Assembly (NCBI GenBank): GCA_024280835.1
Contig: JAJRPJ010000018.1
Span: 69,537-133,536 of the forward strand
Direction of reading: 5' to 3'
DNA: 64,000 nucleotides
From: Candidatus Zixiibacteriota bacterium
GTDB lineage: Bacteria; Zixibacteria; MSB-5A5; GN15; JACZUZ01
Shown: in pieces, positions 9,661 through 19,217 of the stretch
Position numbering within the stretch: the first letter of the stretch is position 1
Layout of the letters: each line of letters opens with the position of its first letter
Translations under genes and position numbers: made by a program
The notes under the pieces: generated by a model
Database searches by the model: none
What the model was told of the DNA's origin: nothing
The model's input: only the letters and a program-made list of their open reading frames with translations

Positions 9661-9690
9661 CTGATTGCAACTGATTGCAACTGATTGCAA
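9661..9690. repeat. Perfect 3 x 10-bp direct tandem repeat (CTGATTGCAA)3
   Basis: Read directly from the sequence. It lies between the OmpA-family gene stop (9777) and the GT4 start. Confidence 0.95.
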
Positions 9691-9776
9691 TTTCACATTA
9701 TCATCGCAATAACTCTTTCTACACATAATAGACCAATTAATCAATAAAATTGTCGATTCTATCACCCTCTTGTGTA

Positions 9777-11267
9777 TTATTTCCTCTGGAAAAGAATTTC
9801 GATCCTTCGATTTTTCTGTCGGCCTTTCGAAGTAGCATTATCAGCAATAAAATTCGTTTCACCGCGTCCCCTAACGGTCATTCGCTTTGTTGAAATCCCC
9901 AATCCCTTGAGGTAATCTCGGACTCGGCGAGCGCGCTTCTCAGATAGGGTTCGGTTGACCTTTGCCGCGCCGATATTGTCGGTGTAACCAATAATTTCCA
10001 AGTGAACATTCGGCGCCGCTTTTAACATTAATGCCAGTTGCTTCAATTTCAACTTACTTTTCTTATCAACTTCAAATGACCCAGAGGCATAGTTGATATT
10101 GAGAATCATAGCCTGCGCGAATAGTGAAACATCCACACAGCCACGCTCATCTACTAACAAACCTGACGCAGTTTGAGGACAGTCATCCAAGCCATCCGCA
10201 ACACCGTCATCGTCGCTGTCTATCAAACATCCTTTATCATCGACATGAGCGCCCACTGGACTAGCTGGGCAGGCGTCCATGAAATCCGCAATGCCATCAA
10301 AATCACTATCAATAGGACAACCGTAAATATCAACTGCTCCAAGAGCCCCCGGTGGAGTTTGCGGACAATCATCAAGCCCGTCAAAAACTCCATCACCATC
10401 TGTGTCCATTGCGCAACCAAGCGAATTGACAATCGCTCCAACTACAGTAGACGGGCACTTGTCCAAATCGTCATCAACACCATCACCGTCGGAATCCCGA
10501 GCCGCACGACCTGACCTACTTGTCAAAGTCGGGGCTGTCTGTGACCATGTCTTATCACTATTCCAATGTTCCTTTTTTGTGGTTGAGCCGAAACTAACCT
10601 GCAGGCGAGTTGCCAAAGAAAGCGCCAAGCGCGGTCGTGAGCTATTGACGATATCAGCAAATTCAGCTCCTAGACTTGAGAGATAGTCAGCTCGTCCTTC
10701 CAGAGTCAGAGCCACTCGCGAACCCAAAGCAACTTCCAGCCCAGCGAATGTTGTCAAGACCAACTCCTGCGCGTCAAATTTTGTGGGTACGTTCTTGTCA
10801 CTTAGAGTGTCCAAGGTTATGCCAGTCTGAGGGTCTTGGAACTTCCAAAAATCAATTCCCACTCCAAATCCAATCAAGGGATTTATTCTATGTCGACCGT
10901 AAAGCGGGAAGTATTGCAAAGCGGCGCTTACCCTTTGTGAACTAAAGCCACTGACACGAAAAGGTTTTTCGGAATTGAATTGAAAAATTGAGGTGGCGCT
11001 TGAATCACTGTAGATTGTGGCTTTCAAATAGTCCATACGAAAACGCACTCGCTGACCGAGACGACGACCTAGGCTTATGATGAATCCTGGACTAGCTACA
11101 AAGTAAGGCTCGGTCGTACCACTCTCACCACCTGAGAGAGTTTGGGGCGCGTAACCCGCTCCAAAAGTGTAATTGTATTCCTCAGCTTGAGCTGGCGTAG
11201 CTAACGCTAGGCAAAGAACAAGAAGAGTTGCAGTAAATTTTTTATTGAATTTGTTTGGTGTAAACAT
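9777..11267 (-). CDS. OmpA-family outer-membrane protein with thrombospondin type-3-like Ca-binding repeats
   Basis: Signal peptide ...ALATPAQA. TSP3-like repeats DSDGDGVDDDLDKCP, DTDGDGVFDGLDDCPQT, DSDFDGIADFMDACP and DSDDDGVADGLDDCPQT. OmpA_C motifs LEIIGYTDNIGAAKVNRTLSEKRARRV and GRQKNRRIEI. Confidence 0.9.
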   Translation of the reverse strand: MFTPNKFNKKFTATLLVLCLALATPAQAEEYNYTFGAGYAPQTLSGGESGTTEPYFVASPGFIISLGRRLGQRVRFRMDYLKATIYSDSSATSIFQFNSEKPFRVSGFSSQRVSAALQYFPLYGRHRINPLIGFGVGIDFWKFQDPQTGITLDTLSDKNVPTKFDAQELVLTTFAGLEVALGSRVALTLEGRADYLSSLGAEFADIVNSSRPRLALSLATRLQVSFGSTTKKEHWNSDKTWSQTAPTLTSRSGRAARDSDGDGVDDDLDKCPSTVVGAIVNSLGCAMDTDGDGVFDGLDDCPQTPPGALGAVDIYGCPIDSDFDGIADFMDACPASPVGAHVDDKGCLIDSDDDGVADGLDDCPQTASGLLVDERGCVDVSLFAQAMILNINYASGSFEVDKKSKLKLKQLALMLKAAPNVHLEIIGYTDNIGAAKVNRTLSEKRARRVRDYLKGLGISTKRMTVRGRGETNFIADNATSKGRQKNRRIEILFQRK

Positions 11268-11318
11268 TGTTATGGGTTCTCAAAGATTTTGGAGAGTCTA
11301 TTTTGGGAGAGTCTTTTC

Positions 11319-12608
11319 TCAATTGTCTGTCTCAGCGCTTGGGCGATCTGGTCGAGGGGGAGCGCTGGACACTGCTTTACTAACAACAACGTTGCTAACA
11401 ACGACTTTGGGAGACATGGCTCCGATGATGAAGGAACCAAAACCGAGCATGCCCGCCAATAGGTATATCACAACACCCAGATATGGAATCGAAGTCAATA
11501 GAAGTAGTATGAAGAGACCAATGAATAGTCGAACGAGGATGACCCCAATACCTGCGCCGTTCTTTGACGAAACAATCAACGCTCCGATACCGCCAGCGGT
11601 ATAAATCGGCCCCAAAAGAGCTACGATGAAAACGATAATGATGAACAAAATTGCCGCAGTCAAAATCCCAACGAGAGTAATTGCCAATACCATAGTGGCA
11701 ACGATTCCAGCTGTTAGAGCTATTAATCCAAAGGCAAAACTGCGCAATGTTTCTTTTGTTACGGCTCTTGTACTGCGTTCAAAATGGCTCCGTGAAACTG
11801 TCAATGTCACTCCAGCTAAAGTGAAGAGCATGCTAAGAGTGAAGAAAAACTTAAATATGGTACCAAATGAAAATCCATCCGATGCGACCTCTTCATCGTC
11901 AAGTCGGACTACCTCGCCAACAATCACAGCGCCATCTTCTATCTCTAGCTCGACAGTTCCATGGACAATGAGATCACCGCCAATGTGTGCGGTTTTCAAA
12001 ATGCGTAAAGTCTTGTCTGCTTCTATTTCCAAGTCTTCAACTACGCTTCCTGATATTTCTGCTATTGATCCAACAAAGCACCGCAAACCACCAGAAACAC
12101 TGCCCTCCATAAATAGGCTATCACAGAAAACTGTCACATCACGAGAAAACAGAGCCTCTTCGTCTATTTCTACTTTTTGAGCAAACAGGTAACTTGAACC
12201 ACGTACGGTTCCACTCAAGAGAATCCTTCGACTAAATGAGAGTAATGAATGGGAGATATCCCCGTTGAGTGTGGCGCGTTCCGAGAAGAAGACTCCGACA
12301 CCCGAAATAGTTCCACTCATGCGGTAGACTCTGGAAAAGGCGAGAACATCACCATCGACATAACTATCAATTTCGCAAACACCTGCCGAAAGCAACAAGT
12401 CATCATCAATTCGTTCATCTTCAGCGAAAATCACCTTGTCGCCGCCACGAATAATTGTGGCCGAAACTGGCTGAACAACAATCAATCCAAGCAACAGGGC
12501 CACAGCAATTTTGGAGAAGTTGCTCAAAAAAACGAGAATCCTAGGGGACTGTGGTTTTCTATCTTTTAAGATTGTTGATTGCTGTCTCATTTGGATGGCT
12601 CTGCTCAA
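11319..12608 (-). CDS. Membrane protein with a bactofilin-like (polymer-forming cytoskeletal) beta-helical region and a polytopic C-terminal TM domain
   Basis: Repetitive segments such as GDVLAFSRVYRMSGTISGVGVFFSERATLNGDISHSLLSF...GSVSGGLRCFVGSIAEISGSVVEDLEIEA. These are followed by about 5 hydrophobic helices (LFTLAGVTLTV..., LIALTAGIVATMVLAITLVGILTAAILFIIIVFIVALL...). Confidence 0.5.
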   Translation of the reverse strand: MSRAIQMRQQSTILKDRKPQSPRILVFLSNFSKIAVALLLGLIVVQPVSATIIRGGDKVIFAEDERIDDDLLLSAGVCEIDSYVDGDVLAFSRVYRMSGTISGVGVFFSERATLNGDISHSLLSFSRRILLSGTVRGSSYLFAQKVEIDEEALFSRDVTVFCDSLFMEGSVSGGLRCFVGSIAEISGSVVEDLEIEADKTLRILKTAHIGGDLIVHGTVELEIEDGAVIVGEVVRLDDEEVASDGFSFGTIFKFFFTLSMLFTLAGVTLTVSRSHFERSTRAVTKETLRSFAFGLIALTAGIVATMVLAITLVGILTAAILFIIIVFIVALLGPIYTAGGIGALIVSSKNGAGIGVILVRLFIGLFILLLLTSIPYLGVVIYLLAGMLGFGSFIIGAMSPKVVVSNVVVSKAVSSAPPRPDRPSAETDN

Positions 12609-13144
12609 TTCTTCTCTGTCTCAATTCTAATGTACGATGGCCACATCAACCGAAGATATGTGAATCAGGCCAAGAAGTTCAATCTAAAATACACGCGTTC
12701 TTTTGGATTCACTGGTTATTCGGTACTCTCATCCCCAACGCTTTCTACAGCGGGCAATTCCAAGCTGTTTCAGAAAGCTGGTAGATATTTATTTACGTCT
12801 AAAGAAGACCGATAGTTGCCTCAGACAATCTGTCTTTGTTGAAGCTATCTAGGAAAAAATCAAAAAAATAGCCTCGGTCCAGTTGGCTATGTTTTCACAA
12901 TGAAACAGCCTTAGCCCCTAATCAAATTGTCCATGTGGGTAGTCATTTGAAACGACTCTTCAACAGCTATTCTCATTCAATTAAATCCGCAATAAAATCG
13001 TTGTCTCGCCGATATAAAGCATAGCAACAGTACATGTTAACCATTGAGGTTAGGGCGCTGAACTACGCGGTAGATTTTGCTCAAAATGGCTAAAACGTTC
13101 ACACCACTTTTCGCAGCGAGTACAATGCCTTCGGCAACGAAAAT

Positions 13145-14713
13145 ATGAATATCTTCTTTAACAGCTCGAAAACATTTCTGCCAAGAATAGACGCCATCTA
13201 CCTGCAAACGCGGGCTTTGGCGCTGACCACACTCCTTGGCTGGCTTGTGCTTGGTTTTGTTCCTGACGAAAAAACATTCTTGGCGGAGGTCATCCTGGCG
13301 GCCTTTGCACTCCACTTCCTTACGCTACTAACACTTAGTCGCCGCAAAACAAACCACATCAACAAACTCTATCTCACAGCCATCATTCTAGATACTATCG
13401 CTACATTGGTTTGGATAAGTTTTGACTCTGGTCTTTCCTCACCTTTCTACTTAGGGCTATATCTTATTGTTTCGTTTGCATCATACCTACTAACTCGTAG
13501 AGCGGCCCTCGTCACAACTGGCTTGATTAGTATCGCCTTTGTTGCTGTCCTGTGGCCAGAGATGCACTCGTTGCGTGATTGGTTAAGCGTTGCCCTGCGG
13601 CTTAGTCCTTGCTGGATTTTCGTCGCAGTGATTTCTCATGTCGCCGAGCATCTTCGTCGTTCAGAGACACGTATGCTCAACCTTTTCGACACACTCAATA
13701 AGCGCACATCCGAGTTAGAGAAAATTCAAGCCCAACTAGAGTCAATCTATGATAACTCTCGCATTTTGGCTGGTATTCTCGATGTCGATGAAGTCATTAA
13801 AGCGGTCATGCAAATTGTCAATAGTGTCTTAAAATACCCAGCTGCGGCTCTCTTGATGCGTCAAGGAGAAACCGGATTTCTCTTCCGTGGACGTGTTGTC
13901 GACGAAGAGATAAACCTTCTCTTGAAAACTGCGCCTGAGGACTCTGTCGATTTTCTGCAACGCGTTTGCAAACTCGGGTCGACTGTCTGCATTCCAGATA
14001 TTTTGAACCGTGATGACTACACGGCTCTGCGGCCAGATACACGTTCGGTGATGATGGCTCCAATGACAGTTCGTCGCAAGACATTGGGAATTCTTGTAGC
14101 CGAATCGACTGTCAAAGGCGCATTCTCTGAGCGCGATGAGAAAATGTTCTGGGTAGTTGCTCGCTCTGCGGCGATGGCCATCGACAATTCTTTGGTTCAT
14201 CAAGAAATGGAAGAATTAACCATTACAGATGATCTAACAGGGGCTTTCAACTATCGCTACTTCACAGACAAACTCGCCGAAGAGCAACGCCGAGCGGCCC
14301 GCTACGACCAACCACTATCGTTGATAATGCTTGATATCGATCATTTCAAAAAAATTAATGATACTTTTGGGCATGAAGCGGGAAATCTGATTCTCAAAGA
14401 ACTCTCCAGAGTGGCCTACAGTTGTGTGCGTGACACGGATGTTTTTGCTCGCTATGGAGGTGAGGAATTCAGTATTATCTTACCGCAGACAACGTTATCC
14501 GAGGCACAGCAAATTGCCAGTCGTATTCGTGAGTCAATTGAAAGAACACGGTTTCATGTCGGAGAGGGACTCGCGCGTCAAATGGTTACAGTCTCAGTTG
14601 GGCTAACAAGTTTCCCAGAAAACGGCAAATCGCAAGATGATTTGATCCAATTGGCCGACCAAGCGCTCTATCGCGCGAAAGGAAGTGGCCGTAATATAGT
14701 TCAGAGCATTTAG
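13145..14713 (+). CDS. Membrane-bound GAF-GGDEF diguanylate cyclase
   Basis: N-terminal TM helices; a GAF-like middle region (LAGILDVDEVIKAVMQIV...LGILVAES); a GGDEF domain with RYGGEEFSIILP; and an RxxD I-site (RDTD) five residues upstream of GGEEF. Confidence 0.9.
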   Translation: MNIFFNSSKTFLPRIDAIYLQTRALALTTLLGWLVLGFVPDEKTFLAEVILAAFALHFLTLLTLSRRKTNHINKLYLTAIILDTIATLVWISFDSGLSSPFYLGLYLIVSFASYLLTRRAALVTTGLISIAFVAVLWPEMHSLRDWLSVALRLSPCWIFVAVISHVAEHLRRSETRMLNLFDTLNKRTSELEKIQAQLESIYDNSRILAGILDVDEVIKAVMQIVNSVLKYPAAALLMRQGETGFLFRGRVVDEEINLLLKTAPEDSVDFLQRVCKLGSTVCIPDILNRDDYTALRPDTRSVMMAPMTVRRKTLGILVAESTVKGAFSERDEKMFWVVARSAAMAIDNSLVHQEMEELTITDDLTGAFNYRYFTDKLAEEQRRAARYDQPLSLIMLDIDHFKKINDTFGHEAGNLILKELSRVAYSCVRDTDVFARYGGEEFSIILPQTTLSEAQQIASRIRESIERTRFHVGEGLARQMVTVSVGLTSFPENGKSQDDLIQLADQALYRAKGSGRNIVQSI

Positions 14714-14769
14714 TTTGCTTACGCCCTCTTTATATAGACTTCTCACATAATAAACATAGATTTGTTGCT

Positions 14770-15804
14770 ATGCGCTTATCCAAAGACAGAGTCGGAGAAC
14801 TTTTCATCTCTGGTTATTTCGGCGAAACGCCGCCAAAGGAGCTACTCTTTCAAATTGAAAAACAGGCCCTAGGCGGAATTATTCTCTTTGCTGAAAACTG
14901 CACCAATCATGAAAAGCTACGTCGCTCAATTGAACAACTTCAAGCCCTGTCTGACAAACCTCTCTTTATCGCAATTGATCAAGAAGGTGGACGAGTCTGT
15001 CGCCTGAAAGGTCCTCCAATTGAATATTTGTCAGCCGAAAGCTATGGCGAAAACTCAACTCAGAACTTACAGGACTCATACGAGTTAAAGTCAGCTTTGG
15101 AACGCTATCGAGTTGATTTTGGTTTGGCCGCCGCCTACATGTCGGAGTTGGGAATAAATTTACTCTTGGGACCAGTTTGCGATTTACGACCACAATTCGA
15201 CAACCTCAAAGAATCATCAGCGCTTAGCGAAAGAACTTTCAGCGCCGACCCAGATATTGTTGGAGCTTTCGCCAAAGTAACTATCGAGGTAGGAAAGGAA
15301 AATAATCTTCTTTGCTGTCTCAAACACGCTCCAGGTCTTGGCTCAGTTCAAGCCGATCCACACTTCACACTAGGAGCCAGTCCGTTGTCCGCTCAAGAAT
15401 TCAGCCAACGAGATTTTTTGCCGTTCCGCACTGGTTGCTCTGCTGGAGCGAGCATGATTATGACATCGCACTTTCTAATTCGGGAGCATAGCTCTTTGCC
15501 AGTTACTTTCTCCAAAGAGATTGTCTCAACAGTAATTCGAAAAGAATTACCCAAGGATGTGACGCTCATTACTGACGACTTGAATATGGGCGCTCTCAAA
15601 ACATTTGGCAGCGCCGATGATGTTTGCCTGACAGCTTTCAATTGTGGGCATGACCTACTGCTAGCACGTTCCAACACAACTATCGACAAAGGTATTTCTG
15701 CCTTGTCTCTCGGACTTGATTCTGGAACGGTTTCCGATGAGAGATTTTCTGAGGCCTTAGGCAGGATAGACGCACTGCGAAATACTTTGGAGCCTGTGGC
15801 ATGA
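14770..15804 (+). CDS. nagZ: Beta-N-acetylhexosaminidase (GH3, NagZ-type)
   Basis: Motifs IAIDQEGGRVCRL and KHAPGLG. No signal peptide. Confidence 0.8.
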   Translation: MRLSKDRVGELFISGYFGETPPKELLFQIEKQALGGIILFAENCTNHEKLRRSIEQLQALSDKPLFIAIDQEGGRVCRLKGPPIEYLSAESYGENSTQNLQDSYELKSALERYRVDFGLAAAYMSELGINLLLGPVCDLRPQFDNLKESSALSERTFSADPDIVGAFAKVTIEVGKENNLLCCLKHAPGLGSVQADPHFTLGASPLSAQEFSQRDFLPFRTGCSAGASMIMTSHFLIREHSSLPVTFSKEIVSTVIRKELPKDVTLITDDLNMGALKTFGSADDVCLTAFNCGHDLLLARSNTTIDKGISALSLGLDSGTVSDERFSEALGRIDALRNTLEPVA

Positions 15805-17063
15805 CCAACCTTGAGACGCTATTGCGCCGCAAAACAGTAACAGTCCTCGGAATCAATACTGGTACATCTATCGATGGACTTGATCTTTCAATTGTGCGCA
15901 TTAGTCAAAAAGGTAACTCACAGATTACCCCACTGAAACACCGATCAGTTTCGTTTCCTGTAAAATTGCGCACCGAGCTAATGGACATAGCATCCCAGCC
16001 AACAACATCCTTGGAGCGCTTCTCTCTGCTCGACGAAGCTCTTGGAGAATTCATTGGGCGAGCGGCTGTCTCGTTCATCAAACTCTGCCACAAACATAGT
16101 ATTAAAGTTGATTTTATTGCCTCTCACGGGCAAACAGTGCGTCATCATCCCCAATTTACAAAGATTGCCGACATATCTGTCCGGTCAACACTACAAATCG
16201 GCTCTCCAGAGAGAATTGCGGCTGCAACACAGCGTCTTGTTGTTTCTCATTTTCGCCAAGCCGACACAGCTCTTGGAGGCGAAGGGGCTCCAATCACCAC
16301 TGAAGCGGTCCACCGTAGCCTAGGCACAGAGAAACAAAGTCGCCTGATAGTTAACATTGGCGGGATTGCGAATTTCTTCTATCTGCCAGCGAGAAAACAA
16401 ACAGAGGCTCCCCTTGCCGAAGATATTGGTCCAGGAAATTTACTTTTAGATCAGGTCACACAAACCCTCTTCGACAAGCCATTCGACAAATCTGGTTCCC
16501 TAGCAAAATCAGGAGTAGTTCATCAGCGTTTGCTGAAAAAGCTATTAGAGGGCAATTATTTTATTGGCAATCATACTCACAAAAACCAATCAACAGGCAG
16601 AGAGCAATATGGCGCCGAGGCAATCAAGAAGATTCTCAAATGCGCAAAAACGCTTAGAGTCGACAATAATTCTATTCTGACGACTCTCACTGAGTTAACC
16701 GCATTGAAGATATATCAACGACTGGCTCCCCTGTTGAGCGCTGACAAAAGCCTGCAAGGGATATACCTTACTGGTGGCGGCGCAAAGAACACTTTTCTAG
16801 TTAGGCGATTGCGTAATATCTTTTCTAAAACAGAGGCAAATGATTCTTGGAACGTTAGTTCTATTTCAACTCTTGGAATGAATCCTGATTCTTTTGAAGC
16901 AACCTGTTTTGCCGTCTTGGGCTGGATGTGTCTGTACGGCATTCCGACACAACTAACAACAAACACACTTAAGACTTCATCAACATCTAAGAGGTTGGCA
17001 AAAAGAAGCTATCAACTATCTCCAATACTTGGGCGAATTGTTCAGGCTCCAGTAGTCAAGTAA
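15801..17063 (+). CDS. anmK: Anhydro-N-acetylmuramic acid kinase
   Basis: Motifs LGINTGTSIDGLDLSIV, ASHGQTVRH and IYLTGGGAKN. The start overlaps the nagZ stop by 4 nt (ATGA). Confidence 0.8.
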   Translation: MTNLETLLRRKTVTVLGINTGTSIDGLDLSIVRISQKGNSQITPLKHRSVSFPVKLRTELMDIASQPTTSLERFSLLDEALGEFIGRAAVSFIKLCHKHSIKVDFIASHGQTVRHHPQFTKIADISVRSTLQIGSPERIAAATQRLVVSHFRQADTALGGEGAPITTEAVHRSLGTEKQSRLIVNIGGIANFFYLPARKQTEAPLAEDIGPGNLLLDQVTQTLFDKPFDKSGSLAKSGVVHQRLLKKLLEGNYFIGNHTHKNQSTGREQYGAEAIKKILKCAKTLRVDNNSILTTLTELTALKIYQRLAPLLSADKSLQGIYLTGGGAKNTFLVRRLRNIFSKTEANDSWNVSSISTLGMNPDSFEATCFAVLGWMCLYGIPTQLTTNTLKTSSTSKRLAKRSYQLSPILGRIVQAPVVK

Positions 17064-17077
17064 ATAGTACCAAACCA

Positions 17078-18418
17078 GTGAGCAAAGCTAGAATTATGAC
17101 TTTATCAGATTTTCGACATAAATTACGTGGTGAATTCGCACGACGCGCACGCTTAACAGCGCTGACATTGCTAGGCGCAGTTTTCATCACACAATTTGTT
17201 ACGCAATGCGCTCCAGGAGGAGTCAGCGTAGGTAATCGTGAAGCAGCTCATATACAGTTGCCGTTTGTGCGAGTCCTGCTTAGCGATGATGCGCAATCAG
17301 TTACTATCGGCGGTTTGCATTCCATCGCAATTGAATGTGTTCGAGGTGATGAGAAATTCGTCTACTATTCGCCACGTAGCATTCATGCGAAGTTCGCCCA
17401 CTCATCATTGTCATTGCTAAACTCAAGCGGTGAAGAAATCGAGTCAGGACTGGATGTTATCACTATTTCTTCTCGTAGCCAAAGACAACCATTACTGATA
17501 GACGGTAACAGCTACCGTGGCATGGCGCGACTGACCGCTGGAGACAAGGCTATCATCATCACAAATATATTGAATATTGACAAATATTTGATGGGAGTGG
17601 TTCCCCCTGAAATAGGCCCAGTCAAACTCAGAGACGTGGAGGCAATTAAAGCTCAGGCGATTTCGGCTCGGACATACACTATGGCGCACTTTGGCCAGTA
17701 TGGTGGTAGGAGCTATGATGTGACTGCCGAAGTTTCCGATCAACTTTACCGTGGGATGAGAGTTGAGAAAGACTTTATATCAGAAGCTGTGCTAGCCACT
17801 GCTGGCGAAGTGATTCGCTATAACGGTAATTTTATCAAAGCTTATTACCATTCAACTTGCGGCGGTCGAACAGACAATATAGAAAATGTTTGGCCAAAAG
17901 CGCCGGCGCCATATCTAAAGGGCGTTGATTGCCATGAATCATGTTCTCCATCAAAATACTACAACTGGCAGGAAACATTTACCGGTAAGCAACTCGCCAA
18001 GAGGCTATCCGACTTTGAAACCGCCTCTGGAGAAATCGTCACTATTGGACGAATTGACAGCATCTATATCGACAATAGCCAACCAGCCTCGCCAAGCAAG
18101 GGTCTCCGCACCCAAAAACTGATATTCCTGACAGACGCAGGTCGCTTCGTCTATGTACGAGATCGTATTCGATGGGTTGTACGACGTAGTTCAGACAAAA
18201 GTAAGATACTGCAGTCAGCCTATTTCACGCTTAGCGCGATTCAACAAAGTCCACGTGATGGAGTGACATCTGTAACCTTTAGCGGACACGGTTACGGACA
18301 CGGAGTTGGTCTGTGTCAAATGGGAGCTTTAGGTATGGCGCGCTCTAAGACTAACTACACTTATCAGGATATCATCAAACGCTATTACACCGCAGTCACA
18401 ATTGATAAACTCTACTAG
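17078..18418 (+). CDS. SpoIID/LytB-domain protein (lytic transglycosylase / amidase-enhancer family)
   Basis: Motifs YLMGVVPPEIGP...EAIKAQAISARTYT, YHSTCGGRTDNIENVW and GHGYGHGVGLCQMGALGMA. Confidence 0.85.
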   Translation: MSKARIMTLSDFRHKLRGEFARRARLTALTLLGAVFITQFVTQCAPGGVSVGNREAAHIQLPFVRVLLSDDAQSVTIGGLHSIAIECVRGDEKFVYYSPRSIHAKFAHSSLSLLNSSGEEIESGLDVITISSRSQRQPLLIDGNSYRGMARLTAGDKAIIITNILNIDKYLMGVVPPEIGPVKLRDVEAIKAQAISARTYTMAHFGQYGGRSYDVTAEVSDQLYRGMRVEKDFISEAVLATAGEVIRYNGNFIKAYYHSTCGGRTDNIENVWPKAPAPYLKGVDCHESCSPSKYYNWQETFTGKQLAKRLSDFETASGEIVTIGRIDSIYIDNSQPASPSKGLRTQKLIFLTDAGRFVYVRDRIRWVVRRSSDKSKILQSAYFTLSAIQQSPRDGVTSVTFSGHGYGHGVGLCQMGALGMARSKTNYTYQDIIKRYYTAVTIDKLY

Positions 18419-18473
18419 CTGGATTTGCTAGTAGAGTTTATCGGTGATAACTGCTTGTTACAAAATCTCTCAA

Positions 18474-19166
18474 TTAACGACGCTCAATATAGAACACTTT
18501 TCCGTCTGGATAATTAAGACGCAAGTGTAATCCAACAGCCAAGGCAGCTGATGTGAGTTTCAGAGGCGGTGTTTCTTCAGGCTCAAACAAGTCGACCATA
18601 GTGATGCTTGGAGCTTTGAAACCGATTCTCTTGAGATCAACCTTGATGAAAAATTCTCTTTCCTGAGTTTCTACTCTATCACCAAGTTCACCAGCAGGCG
18701 GGGCCATCAGGAAGATGACAACTTTCTTGGCTGAGCTATGCACAGTTACATCAATCATCGGATCACTGCAATAAACCGCAGACTTGATATCCTCTTCAGC
18801 TAGGAATGACTCTAAGAAAGTCAATTTGTTATGGTCAAACCCACTGGCAATATCAAATCCAAAGAAATTGAGAGTAGCGTTTTGCTTGTTGGTAGCAACA
18901 CCAACCAGTGAGTTACCAGCATTCGCAAGTTTCTTGATGCGAGTGTCTGTCGACTTCAAAACGCCAAAGACATGAGCGGGAAATTCGACAGTCTTGGTTT
19001 TGATAGTGTCAATCGAATTCAAAAGTGTCGATTTCGTTTTAAGAAAATTCGCCAATACCGAACAAGCAGCCATGTTCTCATCGAGCCGTGGAAGAATACC
19101 AACGACAGCCACCGAAACACCTGCTTTGTAGAGATCAATAATAGCTTGCTGCTCAGACTCAGGCAT
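18474..19166 (-). CDS. C-terminal fragment of a GH35/GH42-like beta-galactosidase (GH42 'domain M'-like); in frame with 19218..20660
   Basis: It shares a reading frame with the upstream ORF. The sequence across the stop reads KIDYDVRDSS*IEGLTNYKLVIIPSAEFMPESEQQAIIDLYKAGVSVAVVGILPRLDEN, which resembles the start of the GH42 trimerisation-domain pattern. Confidence 0.55.
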   Translation of the reverse strand: MPESEQQAIIDLYKAGVSVAVVGILPRLDENMAACSVLANFLKTKSTLLNSIDTIKTKTVEFPAHVFGVLKSTDTRIKKLANAGNSLVGVATNKQNATLNFFGFDIASGFDHNKLTFLESFLAEEDIKSAVYCSDPMIDVTVHSSAKKVVIFLMAPPAGELGDRVETQEREFFIKVDLKRIGFKAPSITMVDLFEPEETPPLKLTSAALAVGLHLRLNYPDGKVFYIERR

Positions 19167-19217
19167 GAACTCAGCTGATGGTATGATTACCAGTTTGTAA
19201 TTTGTGAGTCCCTCTAT

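Noticed and set aside
9490-9765. 91-aa minus-strand ORF between the OmpA and GT4 genes.
   Set aside because: It has no SD and no recognisable family, and its sequence is partly dictated by the 3x10-bp tandem repeat (AISCNQISTI). It is probably non-coding.
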